In this document: in pieces, positions 17,236-26,962 of the stretch | Numbering within the stretch: position 1 is the stretch's first letter | How the letters are laid out: every line of letters begins with the position of its first letter | Source: a virus | Lineage: Duplodnaviria; Caudoviricetes | DNA length: 42,347 nt | Reading direction: 5' to 3' (one strand) | Virus record (IMG/VR): IMGVR_UViG_3300032288_001234 | Span: 1-42,347 of that record | The notes under the pieces: model-generated | The model's database searches: none | Told to the model about the DNA's origin: nothing | The model's input: only the letters and a program-made list of their open reading frames with translations | Translations under genes and position numbers: made by a program

Positions 17236-20200
17236 ATGGCACGCGACTATTACGCAGAGGCGCTCGAAGCTGGCAAACAGTATGAGCAGGACAAGGCAGC
17301 AACGATCCGCAACAACCTGTACTCAACATCAGGTACTAATCCTGACGCTGAAGCCCAGGTGCAGGCGCTGTCCAAGTCAATGAACATTCCTATCGAGTCG
17401 GCTCGACAAGAGATGGAATCCCTGCGTGCGAAGGCAGCGGCAAACAAGGTCGATGTCAACGCGCTCTTAAAGAACCTACCCAACACAGCGCAGTTCCTGA
17501 CCAAGCAGGAAAACGTCGCTGTGTCTCACGATGACATCGACAATCTGTCGCTGTTTGAGACGCTGACCAATTCGTTCAAGCGTGGTGTGCCTGGCTTGCA
17601 GCAAAACTTCAGCACTACTGGATTGCGAAGCAATGCCCGGTATTTGGAATCTATCAAGCAGGTAGAAGCGCAGCTTGCCGCCGGCAAGAAGCCAGAGCAA
17701 TTCAAGATGGATGAGGACCCGATCGGCGTGGCGTATCTGTCACAAGAGCGCCGCAACCAGATGAAGGAGCAGGCCGAGCGTTTGATTCGTCGCCAGGCGA
17801 AGGATGTGTCGGACCTTGAGTTTGAAAAGGCGCAAATACCCCAGCCTGCCGTCGTCAGCAAAGTGATGGAAGCCGGCAAAAAGGAAGGATTTAGAGGCGC
17901 GCTGCGCGAGTTCTACAAAGAGCCAGGCAAGTTTATCGCATCGATTGGTCCAGAGAGCATGGTCGCTAACGCGCCTGCACTGATTACCGCTATTCCTGCC
18001 ACGATGGCAGGCGGCCCGGTAGCCGGCGGTGCGGTGATGGGTTTTGGTTCCTATGCCACCGACTACGAATCCAGCTTTCGCGAGGGTCTGGCCGAGAACG
18101 GAATCAACATCAGAGATCCAAAGCAGCTTGAAGCCGCCATGAAGGACCCCAGGTTGGTCAAGAAGGTGGGCGAAGCCGCAGCGTCTCACGCGCTGATTGT
18201 CGGCGCATTTGATGCGGCCAGCGGCGGCATTGCCGGCAAGACTTTGCTTCCTGCCCGTTTGTTGGCAAAGAGTCCAATCGCACGCGAAGTGGCAAACATT
18301 GGCTTGCAAATTCCGGTGCAAGGCACCCTTGGTGCAGCCGGCGAAGCAGGCGGTGAATTGTTTGCCGGTCAAAAACTAGATCCGGGCAACATCCTGGCCG
18401 AGTTTGTTGGCGAGGCATTCAGCGCACCAACTGATGTCGTCTCGCTGGGTTACTCGCAGATGCGCGAGCGCATGCGCGCAGCCAAGGAAGGCGAGCAGAC
18501 CAAGCAGTTCATCAGCGATTTAAGCAATGCAGCCGAGCAGTCAAAGACGCTGGCCCGTGCGCCGGAAGTTTTTCAGCAGTTCCTGGAATCCACCACCGAC
18601 GGCACGCCTGCCCAGGATGTCTACATTTCAGCCAATGCGCTGATGCAGTCCGGCGTGGCTGACCAGGTGGCAGCAGTGCTGCCTAGCGTCAGAGAGCAGT
18701 TGACGGATGCTTCTGCATCCAATGGATATGTGCGCATCCCGACCGCGGAGTACATCACCGCGATGGCTGGAAACGAGCTGAACCAAAGCTTGATCGACAA
18801 CATCAAGCTTGACCCCAACGGCTACACGTTTGCTGAGTCGCAGGAATATCAGAAGACGTTCAACCAGGAGATGACGACCAAGCTCGAACAGATGATGTCC
18901 GAGAAGCAGGGCGACGACGCATTCAAAGCCAGCCGCGACGCGGTGCGCGAGAAGTACCTGGCAGATCTCAACACGGCGAACCGTTTTACGACAGAGGCGA
19001 ACCAAGCTTACGCCAGCATGCTTGCGTCGTTCTACGCAGTGCAGGCCGCTCGCGCCAACATGACCACCGAGGAGTTCGTCAAGAAGTACAACCTCGAGGT
19101 GGTGAACCGTGCGGTGGAATCGCAGAACCTGTTCGACCAGCAAGGCAACCCGACGCCTGAGTTCAAGCAGTGGTTTGCTGAAAGCAAGGTCGTGGATGCA
19201 GCGGGTAAGCCGCTAAAGGTTTATCACGGTGCGCGTCCTGAAGTGGACATCACACAGTTCAAAGCACGCAACACAACCGACGGCATCTATTTCACGCCCG
19301 ACGCATCGTATGCAGAAGGCTTCACAAATGATCTTTCTGGCGACAATCCTGATGCGAATGGCGCAACGTATCCTGTTTATCTCAGCATCAAGAACCCTTA
19401 TGAGGTAACCGCGGCACCGGGCAGTGATGAGTGGGATAGCTTTGTCGATCGTGGATTGAATCGTGAGGAGCTAAAGCAGCAGGGCTATGACGGAGCGATC
19501 CTGCGCGATTCTGAAACCGGTGAGATTGATCAGATCATGGCGTTTGAGCCAGAGCAGATCAAGTCGGTTTTTAACGAGCGCCCGACCAACGACCCGAACA
19601 TACTGAACCAGTCAGCCAAGCCGGTGCCGACCAGCGTGGATGCAGTAAGCACTGCTCGCGCATCGTTTGATTTTGCAGCGACCAAGACCTTTGCAACCAA
19701 CCGCGACTTCAAGCTTGAGCTGCAAGCCCGTGTACTGAAAGCTGCCAAGGAAGCGCGTGTAGACCTCTCAGAGCAGTCTGAGCGCGTGGTCGAGTACTTG
19801 GTGCGGGTTGGCCTGGCTGACGCCATGTCGGGCCTGGAGAACAACGCCAACGCGGTTGGCTGGTACAACGAGAAGGTCAATAAGGCGCTTCGCATCGTCT
19901 CGCTGATCCACCCTGAAATCAACACCGACCCGCAAGCGAAGTTCGCTTTCGTCTGGGCGCTGGCCGTGACATCGAACGGCATGAAGGTGGACAAGAATTT
20001 CGAGCTGGCCGAAGGCGCATACGAGACGTACAAAACCACCGGCAAGATGCCGACCAACCTGGATGCTGGCCAGGCGCAGGAAGCCATCAATGACAGCCTG
20101 GGGCTGTTCAACGACCTGATGGATCAGTGGGGTTTTGAGAAGCTCGAGAAGTTCATGACCACCATGGACGAGGTCCGAAACATCGAGGCCGAGTCTGACA

Positions 20201-23200
20201 TCGAGATCACAGGCGAGGGCAAGGGCACGCAGGTATTTGGCGCAGCCATCCTGGGCCCGAAGATCGGCAACGGATTCTTTGCCAACCTGTACGGCTACTT
20301 CGACCAGCTCACCATGGACCGGTGGCTGATGCGTACCTGGGGCCGGTGGACTGGCACCCTGATCAACGTCAAGAAAGACGCAGTCAATCTCAAGCAGGAA
20401 CAGCTCAAGGGCCTGATCGAGCTGATGGACCCTGACTCGAAGAAAGAATTCGAGAGGATCATCAACGCCAAGCTATCCACAACGCGCCTGAATGACACGG
20501 CGCTGGCGATCGCCACGGCCAGCCAAGATCCCAAGATCCGCGCGCAGATGAACGAAGTGCTGCCGCTGGATATGCTGCTGTTCCCCGAAGCGATCAACGA
20601 TCTGCTGGGACCGGCCAAGAAGAACCAGCTCCGCACGACCCTGGGCGCAGAACTGCGCAAGATGGGCAACGGCCTGACCAAGGCCCTGGACGGCCAGAAG
20701 GAAGCGCCTGCCGGGGCGAAAGAGCGCACGTTCATCCGGTCGGTTTTCCGCGAGGTGTTGAACAAGCTGCAAGAGCAGTACCCCCAGCTCACCATGAGCG
20801 ACTTGCAGGCGGTCGTCTGGTATCCAGAGAAGAAGCTGTATGACACGGCCAAGTCGGCAGAGCAGGAATCTGACGAGGCGTATAATGATGACGAGGCACC
20901 GGATTACGCCAACGCGGCAGCAAAACTCGCCCGTAAGAAGGGCATAGAACAGGCCGCGATTGACCAGGCACAGAAGGAGGTTGACGATGAAATCAAAGTC
21001 CAAGCCGACGCTGCAAAACGTCAAGCCGATGAGCGGGCAGCAGGAGCACGACGAGCAGATGCGGGAGAAGAAGGAAGCCGAGGAGTACCTGGCCAGGCGC
21101 AAGGCGCAACTGGAACAGGAAGCCAAGGACAAGCAGGAACCCTCAACCAAAGCGGCGAGCTAGACCAGCCCGCCCGCGGGCAGATCTCATTTGCTGACGA
21201 CATCACCCGTCAGCCATCGGTCATTGCGCTCCTGAAGGACGCAGACCTCTCGACCTTTGTTCACGAATCCGGCCACTTCTTCCTGCAAGTTCAGGCTGAC
21301 CTGGCATCGCGCATCGAAGCGCGCATTGCTGCCGGCGAACAAGTCAGCCAGGGCGAGCGCGAGATCGTGTCCGACATGAACACGGTACTCGACTGGTTCG
21401 GCATCCCCGGCACGCCGGAGGTGTCGGCGATCAATACCTGGTCGTCCATGTCCCTGGAAGAGCAGCGCCCCTACCATGAGAAGTGGGCGCGCGGTTTTGA
21501 GGCGTATGCCTTCGAGGGCAAAGCACCCACGATGGAATTGCAGCCAATCTTCCAAAAGTTCGGTGCCTGGCTAAAGCGTATCTATTCCGACATGAAGGCG
21601 CTCAACGTCGAGCTGACCGACGAGGTGCGCGGCGTCATGGACCGCATGCTGGCCACCACCGAGCAGATCCAGGCAGCCGAAGCAGCCCGCGCTATGGGCC
21701 CGCTGTTCAGCGCGCAGAACGCGCAGGGCGTGATCGAAGACTGGAAGGCATACCACGATCTGGGCCTGGCGGCCACGCAGGAAGGCATCGACATCCTGCA
21801 AGCCCGTGGCTTGACCGACATGAAATGGCTGGGCAACGCCAAGAGCCGCAAGCTCAAGGAATTGCAGAAGAGCGTCAAGGCGCTGCGCACCGAGGCCATG
21901 ATGGATGCACGGCGCGAGGTGATGTCGCAGCCGATCTACCGCGCCTGGCAGTTCCTGACCAGCAAGATTGAGAAGGACGACAAGCTCGCGCCGGACACCC
22001 CGCGCAAGTCTGACCCTGATGTGGTGGACCCGCAGATCGATTCGCTGTTTACCGCGATCGCCAAGCTGGGCGGCATCAGCAAGGCGCAGGTAGTAGCGAA
22101 GTGGGGCTGGGACCCCAAAGAGCGCAGCCCGGTGCCGGTATTTGGCAAGCCTACGGTGCGCACCGAAGGCGGTCTGTCCATTGATGCAATGGGTCAGTTG
22201 CTCGAGCAGTACGGCTACCTCGAGCTGGATGAGCAAGGCAGGTACGATCCGGCGCAGTTTGAGGAGCTGTTCGACAACGAGGCCCGCGGCAATGCGCAGT
22301 ATTCCAATCAGGTAGACCCGAGCATTTTTGTCGATCCCCTGCCTGGTGCCAGTGTCGTTCTGTCCAACATGAAGGCTGGCCGGTTTGATCTGTTCTCACT
22401 AAATAGCCTGGGTCTAGACGATTCGATCGTTGAGCGTATCAAGGATCTGAAGATGACGGCCAAGGATGGCATTCATCCTGACATTATCGCAGCCGAGTTT
22501 GAGTTCACATCCGGTGTCGAGCTGGTGCAAAAGATTGCCGCCTCGCCTAAGCCCCAGGAAGCTATCGAGGCGCTGACTGACCAGATCATGATGCAGCGTC
22601 ACGGCGACCTGGCTACACCCGAGGGCGTGCAGCGCGCAGCGGACCAGGCGGTTCATAACGAAGCGCGGCTGAAGTTCCTGCACACTGAAGCCAAGGCGCT
22701 CGAGACGGCCATGCGCGTGCGAGCAGACACCGGCAAGACCAACGCCAAAGGACAGAAGCAAACCTACGCTGTGCTGCCCCAGGCGGCGCGTGAGTTTGCT
22801 GCCGGCATTATTGCCAAGCTGCGCGTGCGCGACCTGCGCCCAACGCAGTACACCGCGGCAGAGGTCAAGGCAGCCAAGGAAGCCGAGCGTGCATTCCTCA
22901 AAGGCGACCTGGAGACAGCAGCCGAGCAGAAGCGCAACCAGATCATCAATGCGTACACGGCCAAGGAAGCCATGGCGGCCGCGGCTGAAGTCCAGCAGGC
23001 AGTGGCCTACTTCCGCAAGTTCGACAAGCGCAGCAAGGGCCTGGACCCTGACTACTACGATCAGATCGTGCAGATGCTCGAGCGGTTTGAGTTCGTGCCC
23101 AGCACCAGCCTGAAAGAAGTTGATGCACGCGTGAGCTTGGCCAACTGGCTGGAAGCGCAGCGCGAGCAGGGCATTGAGCCTGACATCCCACCCAAGTTGG

Positions 23201-25389
23201 TCCTGGAAGCGTATCGCACCAGCTACAAGAACATGACCATCGAGGACATTCGCGGCCTGCGCGATACGGTCAAGCAGATTGAGCACCTGGGCCGGCTGAA
23301 GATGAAGCTGTTGAACGCTGCCGATGCGCGTGCGTTTGCCGAGATCCGGCAGCAGATGGTTGACTCGATCAACGAAAATGCAGGCAATCGTTTTGTATCA
23401 AACCGGCAGCCAGCAACCCTGCTTGGCGAAAAGTGGCTGTCAATTAAAAACTATGCTGCTGAGCACATTAAGGCAGCGACTTTCGGTTATGTGCTCGACG
23501 GCGGCAAAAATGGCGGGCCGATCTGGGAATACCTGATACGAGCATCAAATCACGCGGGTAACAAGGAAACAGTCATGCGAGCTGATGCCACTCGCGACCT
23601 GACCAGGCTGATTGCACCGGTATTGAAGCAGGGAAAGCTTACGCAGAAGATCTTCATCGAGGGCCTGGCCAACGCAGAGGACCGCGAGCAAGGCCGCACC
23701 GGCAGCACCTGGACGCGTGAGCAGTTGCTTACCATGGCGCTGAACATGGGCAACGCATCGAACATGCAGCGCCTGTTAGACGGTGAGGGCTGGACGCTCG
23801 AGCAGTTAAAGCTGGGTCTGGATCAACTGACCAGCGACGACTGGCAGTTCGCGCAACAGGTCTGGGATTACTTTGAATCCTACCGGCCAGAGATTGCAGC
23901 CAAAGAGCGGCGCATCTATGGCAAGGAACCTAACTGGATCGAGCCCCAGGCGCTGACGGTGCAGACGGCTGACGGCCAGACGCTTACGCTCAGAGGCGGC
24001 TACTACCCGGTCAAGTACGACACGCGGGCGAGCTTGCGAGCCGAGCAGGACATGTCGGCAGAGGAAGCCAAGCGTGCCATGCAAAGCAGCTACATTGCAT
24101 CGACCACGCGTCGCAGCTTTACCAAAGAGCGTGCCGCGGTGGTCAAGGAGCGCCCGCTTCTGTACACCTTGGATGGCATCTACCAGGGCGTGAACGAAGT
24201 AATCCACGACCTGGCTTGGCATGAGTGGGTGATCGACGCCAACAAGATCCTGAAGGACCCTGAGATCTCGAGCGTAATCCGCAAGCACTACGGTGACTAC
24301 ATGCACAAGCAGCTCACCAAGTGGGTGGACGACAACGCTAACGGTGACCAGGGTGCCAAGGGTGCAGGCGAAAAGGCGGCAGCTTTTGTTCGTCAAAGCG
24401 TGTCGGTGGCCGGCCTGGGTATCAACATCATCAGCGCGCTCACCCAGCCGTTCGGTATTACGCAGTCCATGGTTCGCATTGGACCCAAATACGTCGGTCG
24501 CGGTGTGGCGCGTATGGCGCAAAACCCGATGCAGCTCAACCGCGACATCAACCAGATGTCGGACTTCATGCGCACGCGCAGCCAGACGCGCATGCGAGAG
24601 CTGGCCGAGCTGCGCAACCGCGTTAAGAACAAGAGCAAGACAAAGGAAAACATCGACGCCACCATGTACTTGATGATGCTAGGGGCGCAACGTCTTGTGG
24701 ATTTGCCAACGTGGTGGGGCGCATACGAAAGGGCCACGGCTGAAGGTAATGACCAGGAACGCGCAATCGACTTGGCTGACCAGGCGGTGATCGACTCCCA
24801 AGGCTCCGGCATGACTAAGGACCTGGCGGCCATCGAGCGTGGCGGTCCGGTGCAAAAGCTTTTCACCGTGTTCTATTCGTTCATGAACACCGCGTTGAAC
24901 CTGGGCTATGCCAAGGCCATGACGCAGAGTTCTAAGGCGAAGCTCGCCATGGATTACCTGCTGCTCTACGTTGTGCCGGTGGTCCTGGTGGCGGCGATGA
25001 AAGATGCGCTCACCCCTGGCGACTCGGGCGACTGGGACGACCTGGAATCAATCATGAACAAGCTGGTCAAGGAAGAGCTGTCGTTCTTGTCCGGCATGTT
25101 CGTGGGCATCCGTGAGTTCGGTCCGATCTATGACGCGTTCAGAGGGCACGGCGAGTACAAGGGTCCGGCTGGACTGCGCCCGATCGGTGACGCTTTCAAG
25201 CTGGCTAAAGAGATTGGCCAGGGCGAGATGGACGACGGCCTGCGCAAGGCATCGATCAACATGGCCGGCGACATCTTTGGCCTGCCGGCAGCGCAGATCA
25301 ACCGCACGATCACAGGTGCCGAGGCGCTCAACGATGGCAAAACAGACAACCCAGGAGCCCTGCTTTTTGGCCATCAGGACCGGCGCTAA
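17236..25389 (+). CDS. Giant polyvalent internal virion/ejection protein (~2717 aa) with ART-like, glycosylase-like and HExxH modules
   Basis: AAGGA RBS before ATG 17236; FKQWF..VYHG..GIYFT..YPVYLSIKNP..GYDG (19162-19610); GWY..LAVTSNG..GPKIG..TMDRW..QAVVW (~19850-20830); FVHESGH (HESGH at 21262-21276). Confidence 0.85.
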   Translation: MARDYYAEALEAGKQYEQDKAATIRNNLYSTSGTNPDAEAQVQALSKSMNIPIESARQEMESLRAKAAANKVDVNALLKNLPNTAQFLTKQENVAVSHDDIDNLSLFETLTNSFKRGVPGLQQNFSTTGLRSNARYLESIKQVEAQLAAGKKPEQFKMDEDPIGVAYLSQERRNQMKEQAERLIRRQAKDVSDLEFEKAQIPQPAVVSKVMEAGKKEGFRGALREFYKEPGKFIASIGPESMVANAPALITAIPATMAGGPVAGGAVMGFGSYATDYESSFREGLAENGINIRDPKQLEAAMKDPRLVKKVGEAAASHALIVGAFDAASGGIAGKTLLPARLLAKSPIAREVANIGLQIPVQGTLGAAGEAGGELFAGQKLDPGNILAEFVGEAFSAPTDVVSLGYSQMRERMRAAKEGEQTKQFISDLSNAAEQSKTLARAPEVFQQFLESTTDGTPAQDVYISANALMQSGVADQVAAVLPSVREQLTDASASNGYVRIPTAEYITAMAGNELNQSLIDNIKLDPNGYTFAESQEYQKTFNQEMTTKLEQMMSEKQGDDAFKASRDAVREKYLADLNTANRFTTEANQAYASMLASFYAVQAARANMTTEEFVKKYNLEVVNRAVESQNLFDQQGNPTPEFKQWFAESKVVDAAGKPLKVYHGARPEVDITQFKARNTTDGIYFTPDASYAEGFTNDLSGDNPDANGATYPVYLSIKNPYEVTAAPGSDEWDSFVDRGLNREELKQQGYDGAILRDSETGEIDQIMAFEPEQIKSVFNERPTNDPNILNQSAKPVPTSVDAVSTARASFDFAATKTFATNRDFKLELQARVLKAAKEARVDLSEQSERVVEYLVRVGLADAMSGLENNANAVGWYNEKVNKALRIVSLIHPEINTDPQAKFAFVWALAVTSNGMKVDKNFELAEGAYETYKTTGKMPTNLDAGQAQEAINDSLGLFNDLMDQWGFEKLEKFMTTMDEVRNIEAESDIEITGEGKGTQVFGAAILGPKIGNGFFANLYGYFDQLTMDRWLMRTWGRWTGTLINVKKDAVNLKQEQLKGLIELMDPDSKKEFERIINAKLSTTRLNDTALAIATASQDPKIRAQMNEVLPLDMLLFPEAINDLLGPAKKNQLRTTLGAELRKMGNGLTKALDGQKEAPAGAKERTFIRSVFREVLNKLQEQYPQLTMSDLQAVVWYPEKKLYDTAKSAEQESDEAYNDDEAPDYANAAAKLARKKGIEQAAIDQAQKEVDDEIKVQADAAKRQADERAAGARRADAGEEGSRGVPGQAQGATGTGSQGQAGTLNQSGELDQPARGQISFADDITRQPSVIALLKDADLSTFVHESGHFFLQVQADLASRIEARIAAGEQVSQGEREIVSDMNTVLDWFGIPGTPEVSAINTWSSMSLEEQRPYHEKWARGFEAYAFEGKAPTMELQPIFQKFGAWLKRIYSDMKALNVELTDEVRGVMDRMLATTEQIQAAEAARAMGPLFSAQNAQGVIEDWKAYHDLGLAATQEGIDILQARGLTDMKWLGNAKSRKLKELQKSVKALRTEAMMDARREVMSQPIYRAWQFLTSKIEKDDKLAPDTPRKSDPDVVDPQIDSLFTAIAKLGGISKAQVVAKWGWDPKERSPVPVFGKPTVRTEGGLSIDAMGQLLEQYGYLELDEQGRYDPAQFEELFDNEARGNAQYSNQVDPSIFVDPLPGASVVLSNMKAGRFDLFSLNSLGLDDSIVERIKDLKMTAKDGIHPDIIAAEFEFTSGVELVQKIAASPKPQEAIEALTDQIMMQRHGDLATPEGVQRAADQAVHNEARLKFLHTEAKALETAMRVRADTGKTNAKGQKQTYAVLPQAAREFAAGIIAKLRVRDLRPTQYTAAEVKAAKEAERAFLKGDLETAAEQKRNQIINAYTAKEAMAAAAEVQQAVAYFRKFDKRSKGLDPDYYDQIVQMLERFEFVPSTSLKEVDARVSLANWLEAQREQGIEPDIPPKLVLEAYRTSYKNMTIEDIRGLRDTVKQIEHLGRLKMKLLNAADARAFAEIRQQMVDSINENAGNRFVSNRQPATLLGEKWLSIKNYAAEHIKAATFGYVLDGGKNGGPIWEYLIRASNHAGNKETVMRADATRDLTRLIAPVLKQGKLTQKIFIEGLANAEDREQGRTGSTWTREQLLTMALNMGNASNMQRLLDGEGWTLEQLKLGLDQLTSDDWQFAQQVWDYFESYRPEIAAKERRIYGKEPNWIEPQALTVQTADGQTLTLRGGYYPVKYDTRASLRAEQDMSAEEAKRAMQSSYIASTTRRSFTKERAAVVKERPLLYTLDGIYQGVNEVIHDLAWHEWVIDANKILKDPEISSVIRKHYGDYMHKQLTKWVDDNANGDQGAKGAGEKAAAFVRQSVSVAGLGINIISALTQPFGITQSMVRIGPKYVGRGVARMAQNPMQLNRDINQMSDFMRTRSQTRMRELAELRNRVKNKSKTKENIDATMYLMMLGAQRLVDLPTWWGAYERATAEGNDQERAIDLADQAVIDSQGSGMTKDLAAIERGGPVQKLFTVFYSFMNTALNLGYAKAMTQSSKAKLAMDYLLLYVVPVVLVAAMKDALTPGDSGDWDDLESIMNKLVKEELSFLSGMFVGIREFGPIYDAFRGHGEYKGPAGLRPIGDAFKLAKEIGQGEMDDGLRKASINMAGDIFGLPAAQINRTITGAEALNDGKTDNPGALLFGHQDRR
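20987..21163 (+). CDS. Nested +1-frame 58-aa charged protein inside the giant gene
   Basis: AAGGAGGT at 20974-20981 then ATG 20987; G/C-ending codons in this frame while the main frame switches to A-ending codons and low-complexity sequence. Confidence 0.6.
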   Translation: MKSKSKPTLQNVKPMSGQQEHDEQMREKKEAEEYLARRKAQLEQEAKDKQEPSTKAAS

Positions 25390-25392
25390 ATG

Positions 25393-25424
25393 GTACGCGT
25401 GAACCGCGCAAAGCAATAGAAACT
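25393..25424 (+). promoter_or_regulatory. Putative late promoter, copy 4
   Basis: GTACGCGTGA directly after the giant-gene stop; weaker -10 (GAAACT at N16). Confidence 0.6.
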
Positions 25425-25449
25425 TCTGTTTGAGAATTGGAGAACGACC

Positions 25450-26961
25450 GTGACTATTTCATCATCGACAAGGAAAGCAGGGCCGTTCACCGGTAACGGG
25501 ACCACGGCGACGTTTCCGTTTACCTTCAAGATTTTCCAGGCATCTGATCTGCTGGTTGTAAAAACCAGCCCGACAGGTGATGAAACCGACCTTACCCTGA
25601 CGACTGACTACTCGGTCAGTCTGAATGCCGACCAGGATTCAAGCCCTGGTGGAAGCATTACGCTGGTCGCTGGAAACCTAGCCAGCGGCTACCTAGTCAC
25701 TTTGACCACAGACGTACCTGCATTGCAGGGCACGGACCTGACGAACCAGGGCGGCTTCTATCCGAAGGTCATCACCAATGCCTTGGACAAGCTGACCATC
25801 CTGACACAGCAGCTGAATGAGCAAGTCTCTCGCGCTGTGAAGGTGCGTATTTCCTCAACCACAACAGGCGATGAGCTGACCGAAGCGCTTTTTGATGCGC
25901 GTGACGAGGCCGTCGCTTCAGCAACGAGTGCAGCCGGCAGCTCTGCTGCAGCAGCATCAAGCGCCAGTTCGGCAAGCGCATCGCAAACGGCGTCTGCCGC
26001 AAGTCAGACTGCAGCCGCGTCAAGCCAGTCCGCTGCGGCTGCCAGCGCAACTGCGGCATCCAGCTCCGCATCGTCGGCAAGCTCGAGTCAATCATCCGCA
26101 TCAACATCCGCAGCCCTTGCTGCCGACTGGGCATACAAGACATCTGGCTCCGTTTCCGGTGGTGAGTACAGCGCCAAGTATTACGCGCTCGATGCACTGT
26201 CGAGCAAGAACTCTGCAGCATCATCGGCAACCTCCGCATCGAGTTCCTCCACTGCAGCGGCATCTGCCCAAGCAGCAGCCGAGTCCGCCCGAGATGCAAC
26301 GCTTGCTGCTTACGACAGTTTTGATGATCGCTACCTTGGGGCAAAATCTTCCGACCCTACGGTAGACAACGACGGCAACCCGCTTGCTGCCGGCATGCTG
26401 TATTACAACACAGCAACTGCAGCAATGAAGGTCTACACGGGCTCCATTTGGGTTGATGCTTATACCTCTGGAACGACATTTCTAGCAAAGTCGCAAAACC
26501 TATCTGATCTGTCGAACACCGCCACAGCCAGGACCAACCTTGGTGTTGGCACTGGAAGCAATGTGCAGTTTTCCTCCTTTGGCGTTGGCACTGCTGGATC
26601 AGGAACTGCCGGCGAGATTCGCGCCACCGGCAACATCACTGGCTACTACAGCTCAGACCAGCGTCTGAAAGAAGACGTTCGCGTGATTGACGGTGCGCTT
26701 GCTATCGTAGGTCAGATCAAAGGTGTGCGCTTTAATTGGACCCAGGAATACTTGGATCAGCACGGAGGTGAAGACAGCTACTTCAATCGTCGCGCAGATG
26801 TAGGTGTAATTGCCCAGGATGTGCAAGCCGTACTGCCTGAAATTGTTGGTACTCGCGAGGATGGCACGCTTGCAGTGAAATATGACCGTCTGGTGGCGGT
26901 GCTCATAGAAGCCATAAAAGAGCTGTCTGCCGAAGTCAAAGAGCTGAAACGGAGTCGCTGA
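25450..26961 (+). CDS. Tail fibre with T7 gp17-like N-terminal anchor, Ala/Ser coiled coil and C-terminal S74 intramolecular chaperone
   Basis: GNGTTATFPFTFKIF..ALDKLT; SSDQRLKEDV..GVIAQDVQAVLPE..VKYDRLVAVLIEAIKEL; GGAG RBS with GTG start. Confidence 0.88.
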   Translation: MTISSSTRKAGPFTGNGTTATFPFTFKIFQASDLLVVKTSPTGDETDLTLTTDYSVSLNADQDSSPGGSITLVAGNLASGYLVTLTTDVPALQGTDLTNQGGFYPKVITNALDKLTILTQQLNEQVSRAVKVRISSTTTGDELTEALFDARDEAVASATSAAGSSAAAASSASSASASQTASAASQTAAASSQSAAAASATAASSSASSASSSQSSASTSAALAADWAYKTSGSVSGGEYSAKYYALDALSSKNSAASSATSASSSSTAAASAQAAAESARDATLAAYDSFDDRYLGAKSSDPTVDNDGNPLAAGMLYYNTATAAMKVYTGSIWVDAYTSGTTFLAKSQNLSDLSNTATARTNLGVGTGSNVQFSSFGVGTAGSGTAGEIRATGNITGYYSSDQRLKEDVRVIDGALAIVGQIKGVRFNWTQEYLDQHGGEDSYFNRRADVGVIAQDVQAVLPEIVGTREDGTLAVKYDRLVAVLIEAIKELSAEVKELKRSR

Positions 26962-26962
26962 C

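Noticed and set aside
25910-26290. Tandem DNA repeat in the tail fibre
   Set aside because: Ala/Ser low complexity at the protein level with varied codons; an ordinary fibre coiled coil
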